64,000 nt of DNA from Candidatus Zixiibacteriota bacterium (lineage in GTDB: Bacteria; Zixibacteria; MSB-5A5; GN15; JAAZOE01), in assembly GCA_023138975.1 (NCBI GenBank), contig JAGLON010000023.1:6131-70130 (forward strand). Direction: 5' to 3'. Positions 1-10,110 of this stretch are shown here, one piece after another (position 1 is the stretch's first letter; the number at the start of each line of letters is the position of its first letter). The translations under genes were made by a program, and so were the position numbers. The notes below the pieces were generated by a model. The model was given only the letters and a program-made list of their open reading frames with translations, ran no database searches and was not told the origin of the DNA.

Positions 1-4
1 GCAG

Positions 5-2491
5 ATGCATCCGCTTGAAGCTCCAAAATTCAAAACAGTTGTGACTGATAAGAATCAGCTCGATGCTAACATTTCTATTTTGGTTGATGCGTCTTTGTAT
101 ACGCAAATCACAACCAACCTTAACCAGTACATTGCCGATATCGAATCCGAGGGCTACACGGTGTTTTTAAGTACCGTTTCAGGCGGGTCTCCCCAAGATA
201 TCAAAGATTGGGTGATAGACAGGTACAATGCCGGAAGTGAAGGTTTCTTCTTTATCGGCGACATTACCGCTGCCTGGGCCGAAGTGTCCGGCTCCCAATT
301 CCCTTGCGACCTGTTCTATATGGATCTTGATGACAACTGGCAGGATAACGATTCTGATGGCATTTACGAGGTTCACACCGCCGGAACCGGCGATATGGCG
401 CCAGAGGTCTATATCGGCAGGCTTTATGCACATTCACTCTCTTATGGCAGCGAAGCCGGTATGGTCAATGATTACTTCACCAAAGCTCACGCATATCGGC
501 TTGGTCAATTGACCCAACCCTGGCGCAGCCTAGAATATGTCGATGAGGACTGGTGGAGCATGCCCGTCAATCTCGATCTGGTGTATGGCGACAGCGTGGT
601 TCGGTTCGATTATGGTTATTACACAACCGCCTCAGATTACCTCGACCAAATGGATCATGGTCGGCATTTCGTGACAGTTTGTGCCCACAGCTATTCCGGC
701 GGTCACCACTTTGGAACCCGCCCCACCGAATCGGTCGCCTATGCCCACGTCTATGTATATAGCCCGACCACACGAGCAGCCAAGCTTCTCCTGGGCAGCG
801 ACGATGGAATCAGGGTCTGGCTCAATAGCTCTCTTATATATACCAACGACCGCTATGGAGATTGGGTGGAAGACGCTTACGAGGTTGATGTCACCTTACA
901 AGAAGGCTGGAATCAGCTGCTGTGTAAAGTTAGTCAGGGTGGTGGAGGTTTTTACTTCTCGGCCCGGTTCACGGATCAATCGTACTGGACATTCACTGAT
1001 CTTGAGTACCAGATCAATAACCCGGCAGGCTACCCGGCGGAGGCAGAGTTTATCCGGGGATGGCTGTTGAATGGTTTCCATGAAGATATCTCGGACAATT
1101 TTTGGAACTATCTTAATACCAATTATCTCGGTGTCTCCGAGAGCGTGATCAATCCCACCGAAGGGGAAGTAATGGGCGGTAATACATGGACAACTGTCAG
1201 TTCCGGCGGTCCTTATGTGGATATGTCCGCCCACGAAGCCATGAACTATGGTGCCTGCTATTCATTTGCAAAAGTTTACTCGTCAACTGAACAAACCTGT
1301 CAGCTCTGGCTGGGATATGATGATGGTGCCCGGGTATGGCTCAACGGCAACGAAGTGTTGTATGACAATGTTTACGGTGGCTTTGAGGCTGACATATCCA
1401 AAATAGGCATTACATTGAATGCCGGAGAAAACCGCCTGCTCGTGAAAGTGTCTCAATGGATGGGTTCTCACGGATTTAGCGCCCGGTTCTGTCAGCCTGA
1501 TGGCAGCCCGGTGAGTGGTCTTTCTTATGATCCTGAGCCTACACCCATTACGCACATCGGCAGTTGGCTGATCAACGGTCCCTATCTCAATCCCGATGTC
1601 GGTACTCGCCTAATCACTGACTATCTTGAGGGAGAAGAAACGATCACCCCCAGCGAAGGAGATACTGCCACTCTGGGCACCTGGGAATGCAGCCTGAATA
1701 ATGGGTGTCCATTCGATTTCGGCACTTATTACGACCGCGAGGGCGAATGGGTGTATTCCTCGACTATCCAGAATTGCGACCCGCCGGTTTTGTTCTACAA
1801 TCTTTTCTCGTGCGGACCCGGCCGTTTCACCGACGACGACTATCTGGCGGGCTCGTATATTTTCAACACCTCTACCGGTCTTATAACAATCGCGTCTTCA
1901 AAAAGCGGCAGTATGCTCAATTTTCACGACTTCACCGGTCCGCTGTCCGAGGACAACAAAACCATAGGTCAAGCCATGCTTGAGTGGTTTCAAGCCCAGG
2001 CTCCGTTTGAGCTTTGGGAACAGGAATGGTACTATGGTCTGGTAATCAATGGAGATCCGACTCTGCAACTGCTGGTCTGCGTCGACAGTGACGGTGATGG
2101 TTTTGGTGATTCTGGATATCCAGAAAACACGTGTGCCACAGACAATTGCCCCTATATTTATAATGCGATGCAGGAGGATTTTGATCAGGACGGTATCGGC
2201 GATTCATGTGATAACTGTATTGAAGTTTATAATCCTGACCAGTTGGATACTAATGGAAATAGCATTGGCGATATCTGCGAATATATCTGCGGCGACGCAA
2301 ACGGCGACGATGAGTTGAACCTCGGTGATGCGGTCTTTATCATTTCGTATGCTTTCAAAGGCGGCCCGGCCCCCGAGCCAGAAGCTTCCGGCGATGCCAA
2401 TTGCGACGGCGAAGCGAACATCGGTGATGCTGTGTATCTGATCAATTATGTCTTCAAAGGCGGCCCCGACCCGTGTGAGGGGTGTGAGTAA
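5..2491 (+). CDS. C25 (gingipain-like) cysteine peptidase with inserted PA14-like beta-sandwich modules, TSP3 repeats and C-terminal dockerin; probably 5'-truncated by the window edge
   Basis: C25-like motifs [25 protein letters not shown] (His), FSC (Cys), INGDPTL. Two 'LG(S/Y)DDG.RVWLN' modules, DNCP..YN..Q.D.D.DG.GD.CD repeats, CGDANGD dockerin. No signal peptide; frame is open to the window start. Confidence 0.8.
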   Translation: MHPLEAPKFKTVVTDKNQLDANISILVDASLYTQITTNLNQYIADIESEGYTVFLSTVSGGSPQDIKDWVIDRYNAGSEGFFFIGDITAAWAEVSGSQFPCDLFYMDLDDNWQDNDSDGIYEVHTAGTGDMAPEVYIGRLYAHSLSYGSEAGMVNDYFTKAHAYRLGQLTQPWRSLEYVDEDWWSMPVNLDLVYGDSVVRFDYGYYTTASDYLDQMDHGRHFVTVCAHSYSGGHHFGTRPTESVAYAHVYVYSPTTRAAKLLLGSDDGIRVWLNSSLIYTNDRYGDWVEDAYEVDVTLQEGWNQLLCKVSQGGGGFYFSARFTDQSYWTFTDLEYQINNPAGYPAEAEFIRGWLLNGFHEDISDNFWNYLNTNYLGVSESVINPTEGEVMGGNTWTTVSSGGPYVDMSAHEAMNYGACYSFAKVYSSTEQTCQLWLGYDDGARVWLNGNEVLYDNVYGGFEADISKIGITLNAGENRLLVKVSQWMGSHGFSARFCQPDGSPVSGLSYDPEPTPITHIGSWLINGPYLNPDVGTRLITDYLEGEETITPSEGDTATLGTWECSLNNGCPFDFGTYYDREGEWVYSSTIQNCDPPVLFYNLFSCGPGRFTDDDYLAGSYIFNTSTGLITIASSKSGSMLNFHDFTGPLSEDNKTIGQAMLEWFQAQAPFELWEQEWYYGLVINGDPTLQLLVCVDSDGDGFGDSGYPENTCATDNCPYIYNAMQEDFDQDGIGDSCDNCIEVYNPDQLDTNGNSIGDICEYICGDANGDDELNLGDAVFIISYAFKGGPAPEPEASGDANCDGEANIGDAVYLINYVFKGGPDPCEGCE

Positions 2492-2519
2492 TATAGTAAG
2501 TGCAAACCAGCAGTTAATC

Positions 2520-2547
2520 TAAAGGCCGACAAATATCGGCCTTTTTT
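2520..2547 (+). terminator. Intrinsic terminator, possibly bidirectional
   Basis: AAAGGCCGA-caaata-TCGGCCTTT followed by TTT, between convergent genes. Confidence 0.8.
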
Positions 2548-2809
2548 ATTGTTGATAAAACGTCATGAATTCTTAGACGGTAATTAGTTTTGTCAATTCA
2601 GTTGTAGGTTTCACATCCGGCTCATGCTGCATATAGTTGCGAAACTCGTCCAGCCGGGAGAGCTTAAATGTACAAGAGGGCCCTTTGTCCAGATAGACGA
2701 AGGGCTTTCTGTATGTGGGGCAAAGAGTTTCATCGGTAAAAGTGCCCTCATAACCGGAGGGGAAGGGAAACAACCCTTCCCGCATCCGACTTCCCCCAGG
2801 CATCCCCCA

Positions 2810-5686
2810 TTAGGGACAACAGTTTAAGAGTGCGTGATCTCGAAAGATGTAGTTTATGAGCCCCACGACATCGCCCATATTTACATGCCCATCGCAGTTG
2901 ATATCAGCATGCCCCATATTCACCGGAGGAGATCCTCCAAAAAAAGTGTATTGTATCAGATAAATAGCATCTCCCAAATTGACGTTTCCATCATCATTAG
3001 CATCACCGCAATAAACATCAACACCGATATCTTTGAGCGCCTGTAATAAAACCCGGTAATTCTCAGGGCTTCTCATTAGTGTTAAGGGGAAATTAAGGAG
3101 AACAAATTTATAATCCTCACCCAGATATCGAATACCGTTTATCTGCCCGGAGTTAATCGTATCTGGTACGGATGATTCATAAGTAAAGAGCGGTTCGGCA
3201 TCCTCACGCGGGAATAAAAACCCCGTTGCCGGTAAGAAGTCTACAAAAATATCCTGTGGAACCAGTTTGGTCATATCTGCAGTAAGTGAGTCGTATTCAG
3301 AGTTAAGTGAAACACAACCAGCCAAATCACCGTGAACACCAAGTCCATCATACACAAAGTTTCGACTGACACAACTGTCCATCTTGAAAATATCATACTC
3401 GATATCTCCGGGGCTATATCTATATGTTTTATCCGTAGTACCCTCAAAACCAGCATTTGAAGCTGTAATGATAACACTCCCGCCGTTTTGCATGAAGAGT
3501 GCGATTGAATCAAGGCGGACTTCAGAAATAGGTGATTTGATACTCGAACTACGACCTTCGAGAATAACAACAAGATGAGAGTAGTCGGCCATTTTCTTGA
3601 ACGTGCATGCTTCATACCCATCTGCCATTGTCTGGTGCAATTCTGCCGGTAAACGCGATGCAACTTGCGTATACAGCTCCATGAATTCATTAGTATTAAA
3701 CGGCATCTGAGCCGAGCTACTCATAGCACTGCTATGATCGATAAACAGCACACCCTTATCCATAGCCATGGGGATTTCAGAGACAATTTCAGAGGGCAAC
3801 GATTCATTGCCGAAGAAGTTATTTGCCACTATGTAGTAGTTATATTTGACTCCGGATTCGGTTGTAACATCAATAAAGTAATCCTGAGCCGTTGAGTCTA
3901 ACTTCTCAAACTCACCGTTCCAGGTGGATCTGTAAACCAAATAGTATTCAATATCCGAATCCGAATTCCAATCCCACTGAACCGCTATATTTAACCCCTG
4001 TACTATGGATTCTACACCAGTTACAGTATGAGGAGTATTCGGGACAAGGCTCACAATATCTGATAAAACTGATTCTTGTCCGATATCATTTACTATCGTG
4101 ACCGCAAATTCATGGAGATGTAGAGGCATCGTTATGGGAATTGTATTAGACGTATTGGCAATAGGCGATAGATTCACCTTGTACCAAACATTGTCTCCCT
4201 CGGTGTCACGGTAATAGATATTATATCCGGCTAAATCCGGACGGGCACTGGCATACCAGGATAAATCAACAAAGGTATCGTCGAAAGCCGTAATTGCCAA
4301 CCCCACCGGCAGTCCGGGATTGGCCAGTGTATAACCGGACTGATAAACCTCCTCGGCTCGCTTGTGATGCAGGAGTAACTCGGAAAAGTCCAGCGTCTGA
4401 TAGTAGGCAGTTGGATTGTCGGCATCGAAATAATCGTTGAAATCTGAGCCGTTGACATGCAGATTATCCCCGGCGACTAATGCCACCGTAAAAGTAACCG
4501 ATTCTCCCGCAGGCACATCAAACGGACCACACGACAGTAAAAACCGAGTATCGTAGCCATCGGAAAAATCATTAGCCATATTTGGCAACGGTGGTGGCAG
4601 CCACCCCTCAGCAGAATGATCGATTGCCGTAAACAGTTGATCATAATCAACTTCGGGATGAGAGAGTAAAAAGTATCGATCGGCATCAGAGCCCGCAGTA
4701 CCAAGCGCACCATTGGTGAATTCATAAAACGGATCTTCTGGGGTTCCCAGTCGCCGGGGTCCAAAATCAAGGGAGAGTGAACCATTCGAAATCCACCAGT
4801 TGAAATTTGCATTATCAACATCAAAATCAGCCCCAAGTATTCGAAGAGATATCGCACCCCTAGGCGAAGTTTCACCCCATTGCAGCATCTCTGTTTCAGG
4901 ATCACCGTCGTTATCAAAACTATAAGCGATAAAAGCTCTACTTGACGGGTCATTTTCGTCCAAGAGTGTATCGAGTAATCCGGAACAATCGTCTTGATAG
5001 CCTTCGGTAGAAGACAAGTGAAAGACATCTGCATCAAGCAAAATTCCCACCCATCCGTCAGTTATACTTTCATCACCAACATTAGTTACCGTGTAATCGA
5101 CTAATATAAAATCATCAAAAAGTGTATCTGCCCAGCTATAAGATTTCTGAGTTATTTCAAGATTCAATGGTGTATGCTCATATACTTCATACATCTTATC
5201 GGTAATGACAGTTACGAATTCATCGTCAGCAAAATCTCCGGTGCGGTGTGTTCCGCCAACATCTGGATTATTCGGAAACATCTCCTGATTATACGGAGAC
5301 ATCTCCTGCGGTCCCGCCCATCCGTCATGCATAGTCGATACCAACGTATCATTGTTCACAATTCCACCAACCCAGATTCCCCCCATAAAAATATATTCAA
5401 TCTGACTATTGGCTGGGTAAGTCGTAAAGTTCAGGGTATCACCTGACTCTGGATCTATTGCGGGACTTCCAGAAAATCCCAATGAATAGAACCCGTCATA
5501 AAACGGAGTATATAATTTCCCCGCATCATGCACAGCGACATGCCGAAGATCATCCGGCATTATAACTGCTTGTGTATCAATGGCTGATAAGCTTTTGTTC
5601 TCGACATCTAATCCTCGCGACAATACGCTTCCACTAAGGATCAGACAGAGAGATAGAATAAGAAAAAGGGTTTGACAGCATCTCAT
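2810..5686 (-). CDS. Secreted protein: large N-terminal domain of unknown function, two fibronectin type III domains, C-terminal dockerin
   Basis: Signal peptide; AAGGAGG RBS; Fn3 motifs (LSW..DLAGYNIY, VQW..YYLVYR..KYNYYIVA); CGDANDDGNVNLGDAIYLI..DINCDGHVNMGDVV dockerin. Confidence 0.8.
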   Translation of the reverse strand: MRCCQTLFLILSLCLILSGSVLSRGLDVENKSLSAIDTQAVIMPDDLRHVAVHDAGKLYTPFYDGFYSLGFSGSPAIDPESGDTLNFTTYPANSQIEYIFMGGIWVGGIVNNDTLVSTMHDGWAGPQEMSPYNQEMFPNNPDVGGTHRTGDFADDEFVTVITDKMYEVYEHTPLNLEITQKSYSWADTLFDDFILVDYTVTNVGDESITDGWVGILLDADVFHLSSTEGYQDDCSGLLDTLLDENDPSSRAFIAYSFDNDGDPETEMLQWGETSPRGAISLRILGADFDVDNANFNWWISNGSLSLDFGPRRLGTPEDPFYEFTNGALGTAGSDADRYFLLSHPEVDYDQLFTAIDHSAEGWLPPPLPNMANDFSDGYDTRFLLSCGPFDVPAGESVTFTVALVAGDNLHVNGSDFNDYFDADNPTAYYQTLDFSELLLHHKRAEEVYQSGYTLANPGLPVGLAITAFDDTFVDLSWYASARPDLAGYNIYYRDTEGDNVWYKVNLSPIANTSNTIPITMPLHLHEFAVTIVNDIGQESVLSDIVSLVPNTPHTVTGVESIVQGLNIAVQWDWNSDSDIEYYLVYRSTWNGEFEKLDSTAQDYFIDVTTESGVKYNYYIVANNFFGNESLPSEIVSEIPMAMDKGVLFIDHSSAMSSSAQMPFNTNEFMELYTQVASRLPAELHQTMADGYEACTFKKMADYSHLVVILEGRSSSIKSPISEVRLDSIALFMQNGGSVIITASNAGFEGTTDKTYRYSPGDIEYDIFKMDSCVSRNFVYDGLGVHGDLAGCVSLNSEYDSLTADMTKLVPQDIFVDFLPATGFLFPREDAEPLFTYESSVPDTINSGQINGIRYLGEDYKFVLLNFPLTLMRSPENYRVLLQALKDIGVDVYCGDANDDGNVNLGDAIYLIQYTFFGGSPPVNMGHADINCDGHVNMGDVVGLINYIFRDHALLNCCP

Positions 5687-6027
5687 AACGCCCTCCTTGC
5701 ATTATTGTGCGATAGAATTTTCCCCTGATGTGCGTTAAAGTGATATCTCTATCGCTCCGTTACGCTCAGACATGTCAAAGTATATAAGAATTATACCCAG
5801 CATGCGTGTTATTGATTCAATTTTCTACTTGAGGGGTCCTTTGCCGTATATGTAGGACGCATGTGAAGTATAATTGTTTAAATGATTTTATATTACCTCA
5901 AATTATATTTTTAGTGCAGCATTTACTAACTAAGAAAGTAAATTCGAAACTATACTACCTAAATATAAGCACCGATTTCCCGATTAAGTATATATTGACG
6001 GTAGCCAAGCGGTGTCTTGGCAATTGG

Positions 6028-6056
6028 TTGACCGCAATAAAGAAATTCTTTATATT
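6028..6056 (+). promoter_or_regulatory. Putative sigma70 promoter of the HYR/dockerin gene
   Basis: TTGACC-17 nt-TATATT, 36 nt upstream of the GTG start, which has an AGGAG RBS. Confidence 0.5.
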
Positions 6057-6092
6057 ATAAGTATCTGAGAAACCGCTATCTCAGGAGAGCAC

Positions 6093-8468
6093 GTGAAAAA
6101 CGCGTTATGCATCATTGGGTTATTTCTTCTTTTCGTCTCTCTCTTACAGGCATCTCCAGCTGTAAGAATAGACCGAATCAGTACAACCGGAAACGGACAG
6201 TTGCTTCAGATTCCTATCTATTTTGAAAATGAATTCGGAATACAATCGGGTGGTTTTGATTTTACAATTCAAATGCCGGATTACCTCAGTATAGATTCAA
6301 TTTCCATGGGTCAGCTTATTCGCGACTGTGACTGGGAATTATTCACTACCAGTTATATGGGCGAGAACCGATACCGGATTACTGCTATAGCCGAAACAAA
6401 TAACGGCTCATCTCATCCCTCCTGTTACGCCGATAGTTCCGGTGAGCTGGCACTGCTGACTGTAAGCACAACGGAAACATTCGGTATCTGTACCTTTTTA
6501 CCTATCAAATGGATCTGGCAGGATTGCGGTGACAATGGAATTTCCACGATTTCAGGAGATACCCTGTATGCCTCTCTTGAAGTATATGATTTCGATGGGT
6601 ATGCCGACATCGCGATTGCCAAAGACACTGTTTTCCCTACGATTTATGGTGCTCCGGATAGTTGCCTTCCCGATTCCCGGATGTTGGATTTTTATAATGG
6701 AGGCGTCTGGATAGTAAAAAACGATTTTGTTGATCCAGTGATAATCTGCCCCAGCGATACGACTCTTTATAGCGACCATAATCAATGCGGCGCGGTAGTA
6801 GAATTTGAATTAGACGGTTGGGATGATTGCGGAGATGTTCTACTGTCAAGCAGTCCCTCTAGCGGATCCCTTTTCCAGATCGGTACTTCACGGGTATTCT
6901 GTCTCGCACGAGATATCAGCGGCAACGTAGATACCTGTTCTTTCTCCGTTACGGTTATTGACAATCAACCTCCGGAGATAATCTGCCTCGCCGATACGAT
7001 TGTTGAAAGTCGACCGGGACAATGCTCGGCAATTGTGCAATTTTATCCTGAAATTATTGACAACTGCCCCAATACATATATTTGGTGTTCACCTCCCTCA
7101 GGATATAGTTATCCTATCGGGAATACCGAAGTGCTCTGTATCGCCACCGATTTGGCCGGCCTGACGGATTCATGCCGTTTTACTGTTACCGTTATCGATG
7201 CCGAGCCGCCTGTAATAACCTGCCCGACAGATATTCAACTCCCAATGGAACAGGATATGTGCGGAGCGATGCTGGAATACGAACCGGAGATTACCGATAA
7301 CTGTCCGGGAGTTTCCTATGAAATGATTCCCCCGGGAGGAACCGTTCTGCCAATCGGTAATAATACGGTATTAGTTGCCGCGATAGATGCTTCCGGACTA
7401 ACCGACAGTTGTTTTTTCAGCGTGACTGTAGAAGACAGTCAGGCTCCAGTCATTGACTGCCTCGACGATATTATAATAAGTAATGATTCCGGAACCTGTG
7501 AGGCAACCGCTGTTTATACTCCGACAGCATCAGATAATTGTGGAAGCGTAACAATATCATGCATCCCTCCCAGCGGTTCGGTATTCCCTGTCGGGAGCAC
7601 TCCGGTACAGTGTGTTGCCGTTGACTCATCGGGACATGCCGACACTTGCCTGTTCAATATTATTGTCTCCGATAACGACCCTCCGGTAATGACTCTGCCG
7701 GAATTTGTTTATTCGGCCAACGCTCCCGGAGAATGCGGAGCCTATGTTGAGTTTTCTATTCCCACCGAGGATAATTGCGGAGAGGCATCGGTTATAACCT
7801 CTCCCGAATCAGGTTCCTTTTTTGTTCCGGGAGAAAGCTATGTCGATGTTATTGCCACTGATGAATCAGGTAACAGTGATACCGGCCAGTTTTTAGTCTT
7901 TGTTTTCGACAACGAGTCTCCTACGGTTTCATGCCCTGAAAACATCTCAGCCATTAGTGACAGCGGATTTTACGGGGCACATATTAATTTCTCATATAGC
8001 GGGCAGGATAACTGCGATTCAATCTATACTTACAGTGAACCAGAAAGTGGCAGTTTGTTTCCTGCCGGGCCAACGGAAGTTGCCGTAATCGCAGTCGATG
8101 ATTCTAACAACCGCGACACCTGTTATTTCACAGTCGATATTACTTTGGATGATTCTGATAATGACAGCATCCCTGACTGGGACGATAACTGTCCCGTAGA
8201 TTATAATCCGGATCAGGCCGACAGTGATTTGGATGGTATTGGTGATATATGTGACTGGAGTCATGGCGACGCCAACGGCGACGATGAGTTGAACATCGGT
8301 GATGCGGTCTTTATCATATCCTATGCTTTCAAGGGCGGTCCAGCACCTGAACCAGAACCTTCCGGCGATGCCAATTGCGACGGTGAAGCCAACATTGGCG
8401 ATGCGGTGCACCTGATAAATTATATCTTCCGAGGCGGCCCGGCACCCGACTGCGGTGACGGACATTGA
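6093..8468 (+). CDS. Secreted protein: cohesin-like N-terminal domain, six HYR domains, TSP3 repeat, dockerin (adaptor-scaffoldin-like)
   Basis: Signal peptide; six 'D..PP.I.C..D..DNC..P.SGS.FP.G...V...A.D.SG..D.C.F.V.V' HYR units; terminal GDANGD dockerin; N-domain homologous to 44500-45130 of the giant protein. Confidence 0.85.
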   Translation: MKNALCIIGLFLLFVSLLQASPAVRIDRISTTGNGQLLQIPIYFENEFGIQSGGFDFTIQMPDYLSIDSISMGQLIRDCDWELFTTSYMGENRYRITAIAETNNGSSHPSCYADSSGELALLTVSTTETFGICTFLPIKWIWQDCGDNGISTISGDTLYASLEVYDFDGYADIAIAKDTVFPTIYGAPDSCLPDSRMLDFYNGGVWIVKNDFVDPVIICPSDTTLYSDHNQCGAVVEFELDGWDDCGDVLLSSSPSSGSLFQIGTSRVFCLARDISGNVDTCSFSVTVIDNQPPEIICLADTIVESRPGQCSAIVQFYPEIIDNCPNTYIWCSPPSGYSYPIGNTEVLCIATDLAGLTDSCRFTVTVIDAEPPVITCPTDIQLPMEQDMCGAMLEYEPEITDNCPGVSYEMIPPGGTVLPIGNNTVLVAAIDASGLTDSCFFSVTVEDSQAPVIDCLDDIIISNDSGTCEATAVYTPTASDNCGSVTISCIPPSGSVFPVGSTPVQCVAVDSSGHADTCLFNIIVSDNDPPVMTLPEFVYSANAPGECGAYVEFSIPTEDNCGEASVITSPESGSFFVPGESYVDVIATDESGNSDTGQFLVFVFDNESPTVSCPENISAISDSGFYGAHINFSYSGQDNCDSIYTYSEPESGSLFPAGPTEVAVIAVDDSNNRDTCYFTVDITLDDSDNDSIPDWDDNCPVDYNPDQADSDLDGIGDICDWSHGDANGDDELNIGDAVFIISYAFKGGPAPEPEPSGDANCDGEANIGDAVHLINYIFRGGPAPDCGDGH

Positions 8469-8581
8469 TGTCAATATCAAAATTGCCCACCTACTCTCTC
8501 AGTTCAATACCAGGCTATGATCCACGCAATGGGTAAGTTTTAGCCTACGGACTAATGGGGTTCGTATAGTGTACACCTTTC

Positions 8582-8658
8582 GTCATACCCGCGCACGCGG
8601 GTATCCATACCCAAGCAAAATCATACTCCGCATGGCCCCCTGCTTTCGCAGGGGAGAC
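8582..8658. repeat. Paired palindromic REP/RPE-like element (GTCAT-ACCCGCG..CGCGGGTAT-CCA type)
   Basis: GTCATACCCGCGCACGCGGGTATCCA ... TGGCCCCCTGCTTTCGCAGGGGAGAC: two hairpins in inverted arrangement. Confidence 0.65.
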
Positions 8659-9088
8659 ACTTTTCAAGGTTTTCAAATTGGCATTACCCGTAGGTTTAGA
8701 AAATCTTACGAGTGTTAATGAGTTAGATTATCTTAATCCCGCGTTTTAATGCGGGACGACGAGAAAATGGGTTCACCCGTCTGCGACAAGTACCATGGCG
8801 TTTTCCATTAGAAAATGGGTTCGTTTTTCATATTAACATATGTTTTTAAGAGCCACTTCCTCTAACAAAGAGCGCAAGCGCTAATCAGACAAGAGAATAC
8901 AGTAGATTGTAATAGATTCCTCCATTTTAGGGTAGCCTCACTTTTTTTCGCTTCCGTGTGATGTATAACAAGATTACTTTCGGCCGGATTAGCTATATAT
9001 TCCATAAATATCCTTTCATATTGTCTATATTCTATCGATTAATTCTGATTTAGTGGTATATTGGTAGTGAAAGTGTATGTCTCTCCCG

Positions 9089-9168
9089 GTAGGTCAAGAT
9101 CCCTGCGATCTTGACGATTGCGCGAAGCGCGATAAGTACCTGTCGAAACCACTGGGGTTTCGACCTAC
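9089..9168. repeat. GTAG-type REP doublet (REPIN-like non-autonomous element)
   Basis: GTAGGTCAAGATC-cctgc-GATCTTGAC ... GTCGAAACC-actgg-GGTTTCGACCTAC; inverted GTAGGTC/GACCTAC ends; related half-copy at 61878-61904. Confidence 0.7.
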
Positions 9169-9329
9169 GGACTCATGAGACCTTTGGTCCAACCCCAGCT
9201 GTGCGGGACTAAAGCATTCAGGGTTGGGTTGAGATAAGTCAGTATCGCCTTACCCTGTTTTTTACCTTAGAACAATCAGCAGGTCAACCTAATACTTCGT
9301 ACCCAGTGGGTGCGGTTCAGAGTGTCCAC

Positions 9330-10094
9330 TCAGTGACCCTTTATTTGATATTGACCGCTACTATCAATAGATATTCGGGGAATTACCTTTAACGAATCAA
9401 ACGCCTTATAAATCGGCATCAGTTCATCCCAGAAAGATTTGAGCTTAGGCTTATCAGTGGTTAGCCGTTGTATCAATTGCGAGTTTCCCTTATCGGTCAT
9501 GCGACAGGGAAATATATAAACCGGGATTTTTGTTTGACCATTGGAGCGGGCATCAACTGCAATTGTGTAGAGTTCCTTGATAGCCTCATCCCCCAAAGGA
9601 ATACAGCCAATCGTCACGGCATTGCCGTGAATGAAAATATCACCGCCGGAATCGGGAGCCGATTTGCGGATACGGTCTGATTTATTCGGGTAATTAAGAC
9701 CAAGAGAGAGATGAAAATTACTGGCCGGGTTGTAGCGGTCAATATGATAAACGCCTTCGGGAATTTGTAAATCTCCCTGCCGCCGTTTCGGTCCCAGTGT
9801 TCCGGAAAAGGCGGTAAACGCATACGTCTTTATTAAAACATAAGTCTCAGCCGTATCGGTTTTGGCCCAGACCTCAAGCTCCTTTTCTTCTTTTAGAATG
9901 CGAAGGAGTATTTCAAAATCTATATATTCAACACCGGCTTTAGAGAACAGCTCTTTGACAATTTCTAATTTCTCTTCACGAGCCTGCCTCGGCCGGGGGT
10001 ACTTCTGCTGTTCATCGACAAAATTCATCGCCATATATTCTCCAATCAGGAGAAACAACAGTACTATCAAGAATAAGTAAAACTTTAATCTCAT
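9330..10094 (-). CDS. L,D-transpeptidase (YkuD) family protein, YafK/DpaA-like
   Basis: K..K.LEVW, SG.LGPK...GD.Q.PEG.Y, S.FHLSLGLNYPN..D, GGDIFIHG..VTIGC (catalytic His/Cys). Confidence 0.9.
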   Translation of the reverse strand: MRLKFYLFLIVLLFLLIGEYMAMNFVDEQQKYPRPRQAREEKLEIVKELFSKAGVEYIDFEILLRILKEEKELEVWAKTDTAETYVLIKTYAFTAFSGTLGPKRRQGDLQIPEGVYHIDRYNPASNFHLSLGLNYPNKSDRIRKSAPDSGGDIFIHGNAVTIGCIPLGDEAIKELYTIAVDARSNGQTKIPVYIFPCRMTDKGNSQLIQRLTTDKPKLKSFWDELMPIYKAFDSLKVIPRISIDSSGQYQIKGH

Positions 10095-10110
10095 CAAACA
10101 CCGCTATATT

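Noticed and set aside
2730-2792. Group II intron domain V/VI remnant
   Set aside because: Only a superficial resemblance (AGTCGGATGCGGGAA..TCCGGTT). The catalytic AGC triad, GNRA loop and AC bulge are missing, and there is no intron-encoded protein.
2573-2827. Short ORFs 2573-2803(-) and 2624-2827(+)
   Set aside because: No recognisable motifs; they overlap hairpin-rich intergenic sequence between convergent genes.
2291-8441. Dockerin duplicates as a DGR template/variable repeat pair
   Set aside because: Differences are mostly at third codon positions and not adenine-specific; both copies are coding; no reverse transcriptase in the window.
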